From assembly GCA_035465395.1 (NCBI GenBank), contig DATHRK010000015.1, forward strand, positions 7,916 through 71,915: a stretch of 64,000 nt of DNA, in the 5' to 3' direction. Shown here in pieces: positions 48,821 through 57,456 of the stretch. This stretch comes from Longimicrobiales bacterium. GTDB taxonomy: Bacteria > Gemmatimonadota > Gemmatimonadetes > Longimicrobiales > RSA9. The position numbers and the translations under genes are program-made. The notes under the pieces are model-generated. The model had not been told where the DNA came from. It saw only the letters and a program-made list of their open reading frames with translations, and searched no databases. Each line of letters begins with the position of its first letter. The stretch's first letter is position 1.

Positions 48821-50890
48821 ATGAAACCGCTCGCCTCCTGGGAGCGTCAGGTATTCGCCGCGGCGGCCGCCGCCCTGCTGGGCGTGCCCGAGTTCGGCGA
48901 CGGACCCCTGGCCTCGGTCGACCGGATCCTGCGCTCCCTTCCCGCTCCGCGTCGCCGCATGCTGCGCGCGTTCCTGGCCCTGCTGGAGTTCGGCGGGCCC
49001 GGACTGCGACTCCGCCGGGCCCGCTTCACGTCGCTCCCACGAGAGGACGCGATCGATCTGCTCGCCGGATGGGCCGAGGCGCGACCCCCGGCCCTGCGGC
49101 GCGGGGTCAACGGCCTCAGGGCCCTGGCGGGACTGGCCTACTACGGCGACGACGCGTCGTGGGCGGCAATAGGGTACGACGGGCCCTGGCTCGGCAGGAT
49201 CGACGTCGCGGTGCTCCCTGCCCCGTGGCCTCCGTTGCCCGCGCCGGTGCCGGTCGTCGCGGAGGGGGAGGTGCCGGAGATGGCGGCGCCGGCCGAGGGG
49301 GTGACCACGGCCGGGCCGTTCGGGGGCCCGCACGGCTTTAGGCGCCCGCGCGCCCGCGATGCGCTCGGCGGGGCCCTGACGCTGGGACGATCGGCCCTGC
49401 GCGACCTGCGCTTCCGCTGCGACGCGGTCGTCGTCGGCGCAGGCGCCGGCGGAAGCGCGGCGTTCGCCCGGCTCGTGGGCGGCGGGCTCGAAGCGGTGCT
49501 GCTGGACGTGGGCGGCGCGCCGTCCGCGGGCGATTTCAACCAGCGCGAGCTGGACATGATGCCCGCGCTGTATCGTGAGGCCGGCCTGCGCGCGACCGCC
49601 GACGAGTCGATCGGAATCCTTCAGGGCAGCGGGGTGGGCGGCTCGACCCTGCACAACACCGGCCTCGTCGTGCCCGCGCCCCCCGGGATTCTCGCGCGCT
49701 GGCGGGGCGAGCACGGACTGCCGTGGTCGGACGACGCGCTGGCCGCCGAGACGGAGCGCGTGCTGTCGGCCCTGGGGGCGACGCCCGTTCCGGAGGAGCA
49801 CATCAACCCGTTCAACCGGGCGCTCCAGCAGGGCGCCCACGCGCTGGGATGGAGCGCCTTCGTGGCGCGGCACAACCGGGTGGAGTGCTCCGGCTGCGGC
49901 TACTGCATGGTCGGCTGCGCATACAATCGAAAGACCAACGCGGCGTTCGCATTCGTGGCACCGGCGGTCGCCGCTGGCGGGCGCGTGCTGGCCGACGCGC
50001 GGGCGATCCGGGTCCGCGAGGAGCGCGACGGGTGGCGGGTCCGCGGCGAGCTGCTGGACGGCGGCGGCCGCCCGACGGGCCGCTCGTTCGAGGCCCGCGC
50101 CCGCATCGTCATCCTCGCCTGCGGAGCGATCGATACTCCCGTCCTGTTGCGGCTGTCCGGGCTCGGCGGCGACGGCGTCGGCGAGGGTCTGCGTCTCCAC
50201 CCGGCGCCGTTGCTCACTGGCGTCTTCGACGAGGACATCCGCGCCTGGCGCGGGCTTCCGCAGGCGGTCCTGGTCGACGAGTTCGCGTCCTTTCACCGGG
50301 ACGGCCGCGGGGGCTTTCTCCTGCTGGCATCGAACGCGGGGCCGGCCATGACCGCCGCGCTCCAGCAGGGTCTGGGCGAGGACCACCGGCGGTCGATGGA
50401 GGCCTACGCGCACGCCGGCACGGCGGCCGTGCTGCTGCACGACGAGACGGCGGGTCGGGTCTCGACCGCGGCCGGCGGCCGCCCGCGCGTCCAGTACCGC
50501 CTCGCACCGGGGGATCAACGGGAGCTGAGGCGGGGCATGTACGCGCTCGGCCGATTGCTGTTCGCCGCGGGCGCCCGGGAGCTGCGGCTCCCCGGGCAGG
50601 GGGGCGATTCCGTTCGTGATGACGAGGGCCTCCGGGGCGCCATCGGCGGCCTTTCGCTCGCTCCCCACCGGGTCCGCCTGGACTCGGTCCACCCGCAGGG
50701 CACGTGCGCGATCGGCGAGGATCCGAAGCGTGCGCCCTGCGACCCGCACGGACGGCTGCGCGGGGCGCCGGGGCTCTACGTCGCCGACACCTCGCTCTTT
50801 CCCACATCCGTGGGTGTGCCTCCGCAGGTGACTACGATGGTGCTGGCTGGCCTGGTGGCGGACTCCGCGCTTGCCGACCGGGGAGGCTGA
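48821..50890 (+). CDS. GMC-family FAD oxidoreductase with an N-terminal gluconate-2-dehydrogenase-subunit-3-like domain
   Basis: FAD fold DAVVVGAGAGGSAAF, GSGVGGSTLHN, and a C-terminal GMC region (HPQGTCAIG). About 190 additional N-terminal residues. Confidence 0.75.
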   Translation: MKPLASWERQVFAAAAAALLGVPEFGDGPLASVDRILRSLPAPRRRMLRAFLALLEFGGPGLRLRRARFTSLPREDAIDLLAGWAEARPPALRRGVNGLRALAGLAYYGDDASWAAIGYDGPWLGRIDVAVLPAPWPPLPAPVPVVAEGEVPEMAAPAEGVTTAGPFGGPHGFRRPRARDALGGALTLGRSALRDLRFRCDAVVVGAGAGGSAAFARLVGGGLEAVLLDVGGAPSAGDFNQRELDMMPALYREAGLRATADESIGILQGSGVGGSTLHNTGLVVPAPPGILARWRGEHGLPWSDDALAAETERVLSALGATPVPEEHINPFNRALQQGAHALGWSAFVARHNRVECSGCGYCMVGCAYNRKTNAAFAFVAPAVAAGGRVLADARAIRVREERDGWRVRGELLDGGGRPTGRSFEARARIVILACGAIDTPVLLRLSGLGGDGVGEGLRLHPAPLLTGVFDEDIRAWRGLPQAVLVDEFASFHRDGRGGFLLLASNAGPAMTAALQQGLGEDHRRSMEAYAHAGTAAVLLHDETAGRVSTAAGGRPRVQYRLAPGDQRELRRGMYALGRLLFAAGARELRLPGQGGDSVRDDEGLRGAIGGLSLAPHRVRLDSVHPQGTCAIGEDPKRAPCDPHGRLRGAPGLYVADTSLFPTSVGVPPQVTTMVLAGLVADSALADRGG

Positions 50891-50941
50891 GACCCGTCAG
50901 GGATTCGGACCGGCGGCCGCCCGGATGGGCCGTTCCCCGAC

Positions 50942-51226
50942 TCAGTCCTCGGGCAGGCCCGCTCTCAAGAAACGCCGGGCGAGCTGTGCGAGACGGGCGT
51001 CTCCTCGCTCCACCGCTTCGGCCAGAATCCGTCGCACGTAGGGCGCTAGCCGCGACTCCCCCCAACGCAGACCCGTCGCCAGCTCGGCGCTGCGCGAGTC
51101 GCCCTCGTCGGCGCCCTGCAGCAGCGCCCAGGCGGCCGCCTCATCGTAGTAGGGCGAATCGGCTTCGGGCAGGCTGAACCCGGGCTGCGCCCGCTCGGCG
51201 TCTTCGTTGACGAAAGCTCGCGACAT
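50942..51226 (-). CDS. Hypothetical small protein
   Basis: ATG start (MSRAFVNEDA...), G/C-rich third positions. Confidence 0.45.
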   Translation of the reverse strand: MSRAFVNEDAERAQPGFSLPEADSPYYDEAAAWALLQGADEGDSRSAELATGLRWGESRLAPYVRRILAEAVERGDARLAQLARRFLRAGLPED

Positions 51227-51422
51227 GGTTGCGTCTGTCGTTGGAAACGTAGGATAGAATCTGCCGCCGGATACGCCGGGTTTTCAAGAATTTTGTCGGC
51301 CGGCGGCTTACCGCGATCCGCGAGGCGCCGTCCCCGTGCACCCCGGGCGAGGCTTGTCACAGGCCGTCCGTTCGTGCACGTTTGCGCCCCGCCCACGACA
51401 TCGTCGGACCCGGAGCACGCCC

Positions 51423-51701
51423 ATGTGCCGCAACATCCGTACGCTGTTCAACTTCGAGCCCCCGGCGACCGACGCCGAGGTGCGAGCCTCGGCGCTGCAA
51501 TATGTGCGCAAGCTGAGCGGCTTCACCAAGCCTTCTGAGGCCAACCGGGAAGCCTTCGATCGCGCGGTCGAAGAGGTGGCCGTCGCGACCCGGAGATTGC
51601 TGGACGACCTGGCCACCCGCGCGCCGGCGAAGAATCGCGAGCACGAGGCGGCGAAGGCGAAGGCCCGCGCCGCGAAGCGCTACGCCCGCGCACCGGCGTG
51701 A
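51423..51701 (+). CDS. DUF2277-family protein
   Basis: MCRNIRTLFNFEPPATDAEVRASALQYVRKLSGFTKPS is the characteristic N-terminus of this family. Confidence 0.7.
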   Translation: MCRNIRTLFNFEPPATDAEVRASALQYVRKLSGFTKPSEANREAFDRAVEEVAVATRRLLDDLATRAPAKNREHEAAKAKARAAKRYARAPA

Positions 51702-51767
51702 GGCCCTTTGCGGGGATACCCGGCGAGCGGCCTACGTGCCGGATCGGGCGCGCGCGGTGCTGAGGCG

Positions 51768-52274
51768 ATGGAACGCGCGGTCGACGCACTTCGACCTCCT
51801 GAAGAGACGCGAGCGGCCGTGAAGGCGGCGCACCCGCGCCGTCGCGCCGCGGCGGTTTACGCGCTAGTGGCGGCACTGCTCGCCGCGCTGTGGTTCTTCC
51901 CTTCGATCTGGGCGAGGGGCGACCTGTACGGTGCCCTCGTCCTGCTCGTCGTGCCCGCCCTGTCGGGCTGGGTGGCCGGGTGGTCGGTCGGCGCCCCTCT
52001 GTGCGATCCGCCTCCGGGTTACGGTCCGGGCAGGGCGGTGATGACCGGCGCCGCGGTGTCGTCGTTGGCCCTCGTCCTGTTCGCGATCCTCTTCTCGCTG
52101 TCCTACGTGCTGGGCCCCCACGGCTCCGTGGAATCGCTCGGCCGCGGGGCGTCCGTACTGGTCCTCGCGGTCACGGCGCTGGGACCGATCATCCTGCTGG
52201 CGGGTGCCTCGGCGGGGCTCTTCCTCTACCGCTACAGCCGCATGTCGAGCAGCGGGTCCGTGGCGTCCGACTAG
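51768..52274 (+). CDS. Hypothetical integral membrane protein
   Basis: Four predicted TM helices. ATG at 51768. Confidence 0.5.
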   Translation: MERAVDALRPPEETRAAVKAAHPRRRAAAVYALVAALLAALWFFPSIWARGDLYGALVLLVVPALSGWVAGWSVGAPLCDPPPGYGPGRAVMTGAAVSSLALVLFAILFSLSYVLGPHGSVESLGRGASVLVLAVTALGPIILLAGASAGLFLYRYSRMSSSGSVASD

Positions 52275-52355
52275 CCAGGAAAAGGGAGCGTCCGCGCGTC
52301 GCCGGTTGTATATTCCTCGACCTCCCCCGAATCGACCCGCACCAGGGGGAATCGA

Positions 52356-53033
52356 ATGCGCCGCACCCGCGTTCTGCCGCTGCTCGTCCTGCTCCTGTCC
52401 ATGCCGGCCGGTCTCCACGCCCAGTTCCGCATCGGGGGTGGCCTGAGCCTGTCGGAGCTCTTCGGCGAGGATGTAGGTGAGAACGACGCGCGCGCCGGTC
52501 TCGCGCTCGGCGCCTCCGCGGGCCTGTTCGGTTTCGGGCCGGCCCGGCTGATGGCCGAGGTGTATTATCGCCAGAAGGGCGCGAAGGACGTGATGGAGGC
52601 GCAGAATTTCCTGGCCGCCGGCGAGGCGGTGGAGTTCGGGGTCGACTACATCGAAGTCCCTCTGCTGGTACGCTTCAACCTGCCTCCGCTTGGCGAACGC
52701 GTGGTGCCCTATCTCCAGGGTGGACCGGTGTTCGGATGGCAGGTCGATTGTGGCGTGCGCGTCACTCCCGAAGGCGGGGAGGAAGCGTGCGACGACTTCT
52801 CCGGGGAGAATCTCGAGGAGACGATCCGGGACTACGAGCAGGGCGTGACCGTGGGCGGCGGTCTGGACATCGTGGTGCTCGAGGGGCTCGGCGCGGTGAG
52901 CCTCGACGGACGCTACATCAGGGGCCTGTCGCGGCTCAGCCAGGATGGCGAGGTGAAGAACCAGGGCTTCGCGCTTCTGCTGGGCTACTCGTTCGGCCTC
53001 CCCGCCGACTTCCCCGGGCTGCCGCGCCGGTAG
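52356..53033 (+). CDS. Outer-membrane beta-barrel protein (OmpA-like/PorT-like barrel)
   Basis: Signal peptide ending LHAQ, alternating beta-strand pattern, and a terminal aromatic motif LLLGYSFG. Confidence 0.7.
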   Translation: MRRTRVLPLLVLLLSMPAGLHAQFRIGGGLSLSELFGEDVGENDARAGLALGASAGLFGFGPARLMAEVYYRQKGAKDVMEAQNFLAAGEAVEFGVDYIEVPLLVRFNLPPLGERVVPYLQGGPVFGWQVDCGVRVTPEGGEEACDDFSGENLEETIRDYEQGVTVGGGLDIVVLEGLGAVSLDGRYIRGLSRLSQDGEVKNQGFALLLGYSFGLPADFPGLPRR

Positions 53034-53051
53034 GGCCGGGCGTACGAAATC

Positions 53052-53609
53052 GTGTCACACGCATCCTCCCGGCTGGGGGCCGTCGCCCTCGTGGGCCTCT
53101 GCTGCGCTGCCGCCGCTTGCGGAGCCCACCAGCAGGGCCCGTCGACGCATCGCGCGACGACTCCGGCTCCGAGCTGCGACGCGTTCGCGACCCACGGACT
53201 CGCAATCGCCATCCCCGATCGCGAAGCCTTCCGGCGCAGCGTCGGCGAGCCCACGGGCGTCTCGCGGACTCCGGTGGCGAACCGCCACATAAGCGATCAG
53301 ACGGACACGCTGCACGTATTCACCCGCGACGGCCTGGAGGCGACGTACTACGTGCTGCCGCGGCGCGACCTGTTGGCCTCGGTGGCGGTCCGCGATCCTC
53401 GCTGGCTCCGGTACGGGTCCCCGACCATCGGCAGCAGTGGCGCGGCCGTGGAGGCGGCATTCGGGCCACCCGCGCAGCGCGCTTCCGGTGGCGCGGGTCC
53501 GGGCCTCACGTACACGTGTCGGCGGGCCGCCGGACCCGACGAGCCGGTGGTGTTCCTGATGGATTCCGGCGTCGTCCGGGAGGTCGTGTTCCTCTACTAC
53601 GTCGACTAG
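53052..53609 (+). CDS. Hypothetical lipoprotein
   Basis: Lipobox CCAAAAC. GTG start. Confidence 0.5.
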   Translation: MSHASSRLGAVALVGLCCAAAACGAHQQGPSTHRATTPAPSCDAFATHGLAIAIPDREAFRRSVGEPTGVSRTPVANRHISDQTDTLHVFTRDGLEATYYVLPRRDLLASVAVRDPRWLRYGSPTIGSSGAAVEAAFGPPAQRASGGAGPGLTYTCRRAAGPDEPVVFLMDSGVVREVVFLYYVD

Positions 53610-53733
53610 CTTTCGGCCGCTCGCCAGCCCCGGGCACGGCCCCCATCTTGCGGCCGGACGCGCCGTTCGCGCTCGAGCACGGCCGCCGAGACGCGGTCTT
53701 TCGGAAATCGCACCCGCCGACCCCTGGATCCAC

Positions 53734-55497
53734 ATGAGCCACGCGCACAAGAACAGCGCCGCCGCCGAGCCTCGGCGCTCCACTCTCCGGCTTTTCCCCG
53801 CGTGCCTGTGCCTCGCATTCGCGACTTCGTGCGCCGCGGGGGCAGCTCCGGGTGAGGCCCCGTCGCCCGCGCCGCCGACGCCCGAGGGGGAGGCCGCAGC
53901 CGAGGCGACGCAGCCGCCCTCCGATGCCGAAGGCCGGGCCGCCGCCGACTCCGCGGCAGCCGGAGCCGGGGACGCTGCGGCGCCCCCCGGCCCGCGCACG
54001 GCGCCGGCGCGCTGGCTCCACCTGACGCGCCTGGCCGAATCGGGGCCGACCGCGGTCCCGGGCGCGGGCGTCGATGCCGCCTACGCCCTCCTGGAAGGAC
54101 GGAGCCCGGCGCGCGAAGTCGTCGTGGCGGTGATCGACGGCGGCGTCGACATCCAGCACGAGGACCTCGACGGCGTGCTGTGGGTGAACGAGGACGAGGT
54201 GGCCGGGAACGGGATCGATGATGACGGCAACGGCTACGCCGACGACCTCCACGGCTGGAGCTTCCTGGGTAGCCCGGGGGGCGAGAGCGTGGACTTCGAC
54301 ACCTTCGAGCTGACCAGGCTCTACGCGGCCTGCGCGGGCGGGGCGGCCGCGGCCGGACTCGCCCCTCCGGGCGAAGAGCGCTGCGCGGCGATCGAGGAGG
54401 AGTACGCCGAGGAGCGTGCGGAGACCGAGGCGCTCGTGCAGCAGATCACGCAGATCGAGCAGGTTTATCCCGTGATCCTGCAGATCCTCGCCCAGGCGGT
54501 CGGCGGCGAGCCGACCCCCGAGAGCGTCGCGGCGCTCCAGAGCCCGAACCTGCGGGTCATGCAGGCGCGACAGGCCTACCTGCAGCTCGCCGCGGCGGGC
54601 CTCGACGAGAGGGCGCTCGCGGAGCAGGCGAGGGCGATCAGGGGCCGGGCCGAGTTCGGGCTGGACCCGGAGTACGATCCCCGCGGACTCGTGGGCGACG
54701 ACTGGCTGGACTACGACGACCGCGCGTACGGCACGCCGGACGTGGAGGGGCCGGACCCATCCCACGGCACGGCGGTGGCCTCGGTGATCGCCGGCGAGCG
54801 CGACAACGGCGTCGGCGTCGACGGCGTGGCGACGGGCGTCAAGATCATGGCCGTGCGCGCGGTCCCCAACGGGGACGAGCGCGACAAGGACGTAGCCAAC
54901 GCGATCCGCTACGCGGTCGACAACGGCGCCGACATCATCAACATGAGCTTCGGTAAGGCGTTTTCGCCCGGGCGCGAGGCCGTCGCGGCGGCGATCCGCC
55001 ACGCCGACGAGCACGGCGTCCTGATGGTCCACGCGGCGGGCAACGAAGGGGAGGACCTGGCCGAGTCGGACAACTTCCCGACGCGGGTCTATCCCGACGG
55101 CGGCCAGGCGGCGCTCTGGATCGAGGTCGGCGCGTCGGCCTGGACCACGGTGGACAGCGTCGCCGCGGTCTTCAGCAACTACGGCGCCGAGCAGGTGGAC
55201 ATCTTCGCGCCGGGGCAGGCCATCCCGTCGGCCGCGCCCGACGACGAGTACCGCCCCAACGACGGGACCAGCCTGGCCGCGCCCGTCGTCAGCGGCGTGG
55301 CGGCGCTGCTCATGGCCTATTTCCCCGACCTCGACGCGGCGGCGGTCCGGACCATCCTGCTGGAGACCGCGACCGATCTGCGCACCCAGAGCGTGGTCAG
55401 GCCCGGGGACGCCGGAGGCCCGGTCCCGTTCGGAGATCTCTCCGTCACGGGCGGCATCGTGAACGCGGAGGCGGCGGTCCGGCGGGCGATGGAGTGA
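53734..55497 (+). CDS. S8-family (subtilisin-like) serine peptidase
   Basis: Catalytic triad contexts VAVIDGGVD, SHGTAVASVIAG and GTSLAAPVVSG. Signal peptide and an Ala/Pro-rich linker. Confidence 0.9.
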   Translation: MSHAHKNSAAAEPRRSTLRLFPACLCLAFATSCAAGAAPGEAPSPAPPTPEGEAAAEATQPPSDAEGRAAADSAAAGAGDAAAPPGPRTAPARWLHLTRLAESGPTAVPGAGVDAAYALLEGRSPAREVVVAVIDGGVDIQHEDLDGVLWVNEDEVAGNGIDDDGNGYADDLHGWSFLGSPGGESVDFDTFELTRLYAACAGGAAAAGLAPPGEERCAAIEEEYAEERAETEALVQQITQIEQVYPVILQILAQAVGGEPTPESVAALQSPNLRVMQARQAYLQLAAAGLDERALAEQARAIRGRAEFGLDPEYDPRGLVGDDWLDYDDRAYGTPDVEGPDPSHGTAVASVIAGERDNGVGVDGVATGVKIMAVRAVPNGDERDKDVANAIRYAVDNGADIINMSFGKAFSPGREAVAAAIRHADEHGVLMVHAAGNEGEDLAESDNFPTRVYPDGGQAALWIEVGASAWTTVDSVAAVFSNYGAEQVDIFAPGQAIPSAAPDDEYRPNDGTSLAAPVVSGVAALLMAYFPDLDAAAVRTILLETATDLRTQSVVRPGDAGGPVPFGDLSVTGGIVNAEAAVRRAME

Positions 55498-56507
55498 GCG
55501 CGGTCCCGGACTTCCGTGACCGCCCGCTCTTCCGGGCCTATCCGTGGGCGGCGGACCGCCTCCCGTGGGTGCCCCTGGCAGACCTCCCGACGCCTGTGGA
55601 GGCGCTCTCCATGCCCGGCGCCGCCGACCTGTGGATCAAGCGCGACGACCGGACGGGGGCTCCCTATGGCGGCAACAAGGTGCGCAAGCTGGAGTTCCTG
55701 CTGGCGCACGCCCGTCAGCACGGCGCCGAGCGCCTGATCACCGCGGGCGCCTTCGGATCCCACCACGCGCTGGCCACCGCCGTCTACGGACCGGCCCTCG
55801 GTTTCGATGTCACCCTGGTCCTCTTTCCGCAGCACCGCACCGACCACGTCAGGGAGGTGATGGCGGCGCAGGAGGCGACCGGTGCCGAGATCCGGACCAC
55901 GAGCCGGATGGAGCTGGTGCCCGTGGCCACGCTCATGGCGCAGGCGGCGCACCGGGGCCAGCCAACGGCGGTGATCCCGCCCGGCGGCTCCAACCCGACC
56001 GGCACGCTCGCCTACGTCAACGCCGCGCTCGAGCTCGCCGACCAGGTCCGAGGCGGCGACGCCCCCGAGCCGTCCGAGATCCACGTCGCCGCGGGGACGA
56101 TGGGGACGATGGCGGGCATCGCGATCGGCTGCGCCATGGCAGGCCTGGGTGCGCGCGTCATCGGCTGGCGCATCACCAGCCGCATCGTCACCAACGAATG
56201 GGCGTACCGGCGCCTCGTCGTTCGTACGCTGCGCCGGTTGGAGCGCGCGGGGATCGAGGTGCCCTCCGCCGAGCCGATTCTGGCGCGCTCGACGATCCGC
56301 GACGACCAGCTCGGCGACGGCTACGGCCGCGCGACGGAGGCGGGCGAGCGGGCCACGGAGATCTTCGCGGAAGCGGGCGTCGAGCTCGATTCCACGTACA
56401 CGGCCAAGGCCGCGGCGGGCATGCTGGCGACCGGCGCCGGCCACGCTGCGGGCGGCAGCGGCCCGGCGCTGTTCTGGCACACGCTCAGCGATCGTATGCC
56501 GGGGTGA
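55494..56507 (+). CDS. PLP-dependent D-cysteine desulfhydrase / ACC deaminase family protein
   Basis: PLP-lysine motif YGGNKVRKLEFLL. GTGA overlap with the S8 stop. Confidence 0.8.
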   Translation: MSAVPDFRDRPLFRAYPWAADRLPWVPLADLPTPVEALSMPGAADLWIKRDDRTGAPYGGNKVRKLEFLLAHARQHGAERLITAGAFGSHHALATAVYGPALGFDVTLVLFPQHRTDHVREVMAAQEATGAEIRTTSRMELVPVATLMAQAAHRGQPTAVIPPGGSNPTGTLAYVNAALELADQVRGGDAPEPSEIHVAAGTMGTMAGIAIGCAMAGLGARVIGWRITSRIVTNEWAYRRLVVRTLRRLERAGIEVPSAEPILARSTIRDDQLGDGYGRATEAGERATEIFAEAGVELDSTYTAKAAAGMLATGAGHAAGGSGPALFWHTLSDRMPG

Positions 56508-56674
56508 ATCGGTGGCACGGCCGACGGCGACGTGCCAGTCGATGGCGCTCGGACGTTGATAGGTGTCCACGGAAGCCGGAGTGGTCCGCATGACCTACCC
56601 GCTTGCCGCGCCCCTGCATCGGGCGCGAACCTGATTCCGGACGTAGACGACAACCCCGACACGGAGCCCCCACG

Positions 56675-57310
56675 ATGATCTTTCGCTTCATGCAACCCGT
56701 CCGCTCCACCGCCCTGGCCGTTGTCGGCATGGCCTGTCTCGCCGTTCCCGCCACCGCCCAGTATCTCGGCGGCGGCACCAAGGACGCCGCCGAGGCCCAG
56801 GTCGCCGATCTCGAGAACATGCGCGACAAATTCGTCTCACTGGCCGAGGCTTTTCCGGAGGAAACCTGGGCGTGGCAGCCGATGGAAGGCGTCCGGTCGG
56901 TCCACGACGTCATGTCGCTGATCGCCGCCGAGGGCACCCTCTTCCCTACGATGTGGGGCTTCGACAAGGCCGCATGGACTGCCGACGGAGGCTTCGGCCC
57001 CGAACTGGCGCGGCTGGGCGCCATGGGCAAGGACGAGGTCATCGCCAATATGGAGCGCTCGTTCGAGCACCTGATCGCCCTCGTGGGCGGCCTCACGCCC
57101 GAGCAGCGCGCCCAGGAGGTGTCGTTCTTCGGGCTGACGGTCGATCTCGGAACCGCGGTCACGCTCATGGCGAACGACATGCACGAGCACCTGGGGCAGT
57201 CGATCGCGTACGCGCGCACGAACCGGATCGTGCCGCCGTGGAGCCGGCCGGATACGGAAGAGGCTGACGACGACGCCACCGATGACGATGCATCGGAGGA
57301 AGGGGCGTAG
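56675..57310 (+). CDS. DinB-family protein with a signal peptide and an acidic tail
   Basis: Signal peptide ending PATAQ, DinB-like His motif NDMHEHLGQSIAY, and an acidic tail DTEEADDDATDDDASEEGA. Confidence 0.65.
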   Translation: MIFRFMQPVRSTALAVVGMACLAVPATAQYLGGGTKDAAEAQVADLENMRDKFVSLAEAFPEETWAWQPMEGVRSVHDVMSLIAAEGTLFPTMWGFDKAAWTADGGFGPELARLGAMGKDEVIANMERSFEHLIALVGGLTPEQRAQEVSFFGLTVDLGTAVTLMANDMHEHLGQSIAYARTNRIVPPWSRPDTEEADDDATDDDASEEGA

Positions 57311-57351
57311 ACGCGGCGCGATTTCTCCAGCCACGCTCCAGCCTTCAGCAC

Positions 57352-57381
57352 GCGCGCCCGCGCCGAAATCCGCGGGCGCGC
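57352..57381 (+). terminator. Candidate intrinsic terminator after the DinB gene
   Basis: Perfect 11-bp stem GCGCGCCCGCG / CGCGGGCGCGC with an 8-nt loop, followed by TCGTTCCGTT. Confidence 0.5.
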
Positions 57382-57456
57382 TCGTTCCGTTGCCCTTGCT
57401 GACCACACCCCTGCGCCCGATGTTGCCCGGTCGCCAAACCTGAGACGGGAGCCGTC

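Noticed and set aside
57311-57456. Possible glycine riboswitch upstream of the alanine/glycine symporter
   Set aside because: No glycine-riboswitch core sequences were recognisable. The dominant structure is an 11-bp GC hairpin, better explained as the terminator of the upstream DinB gene.
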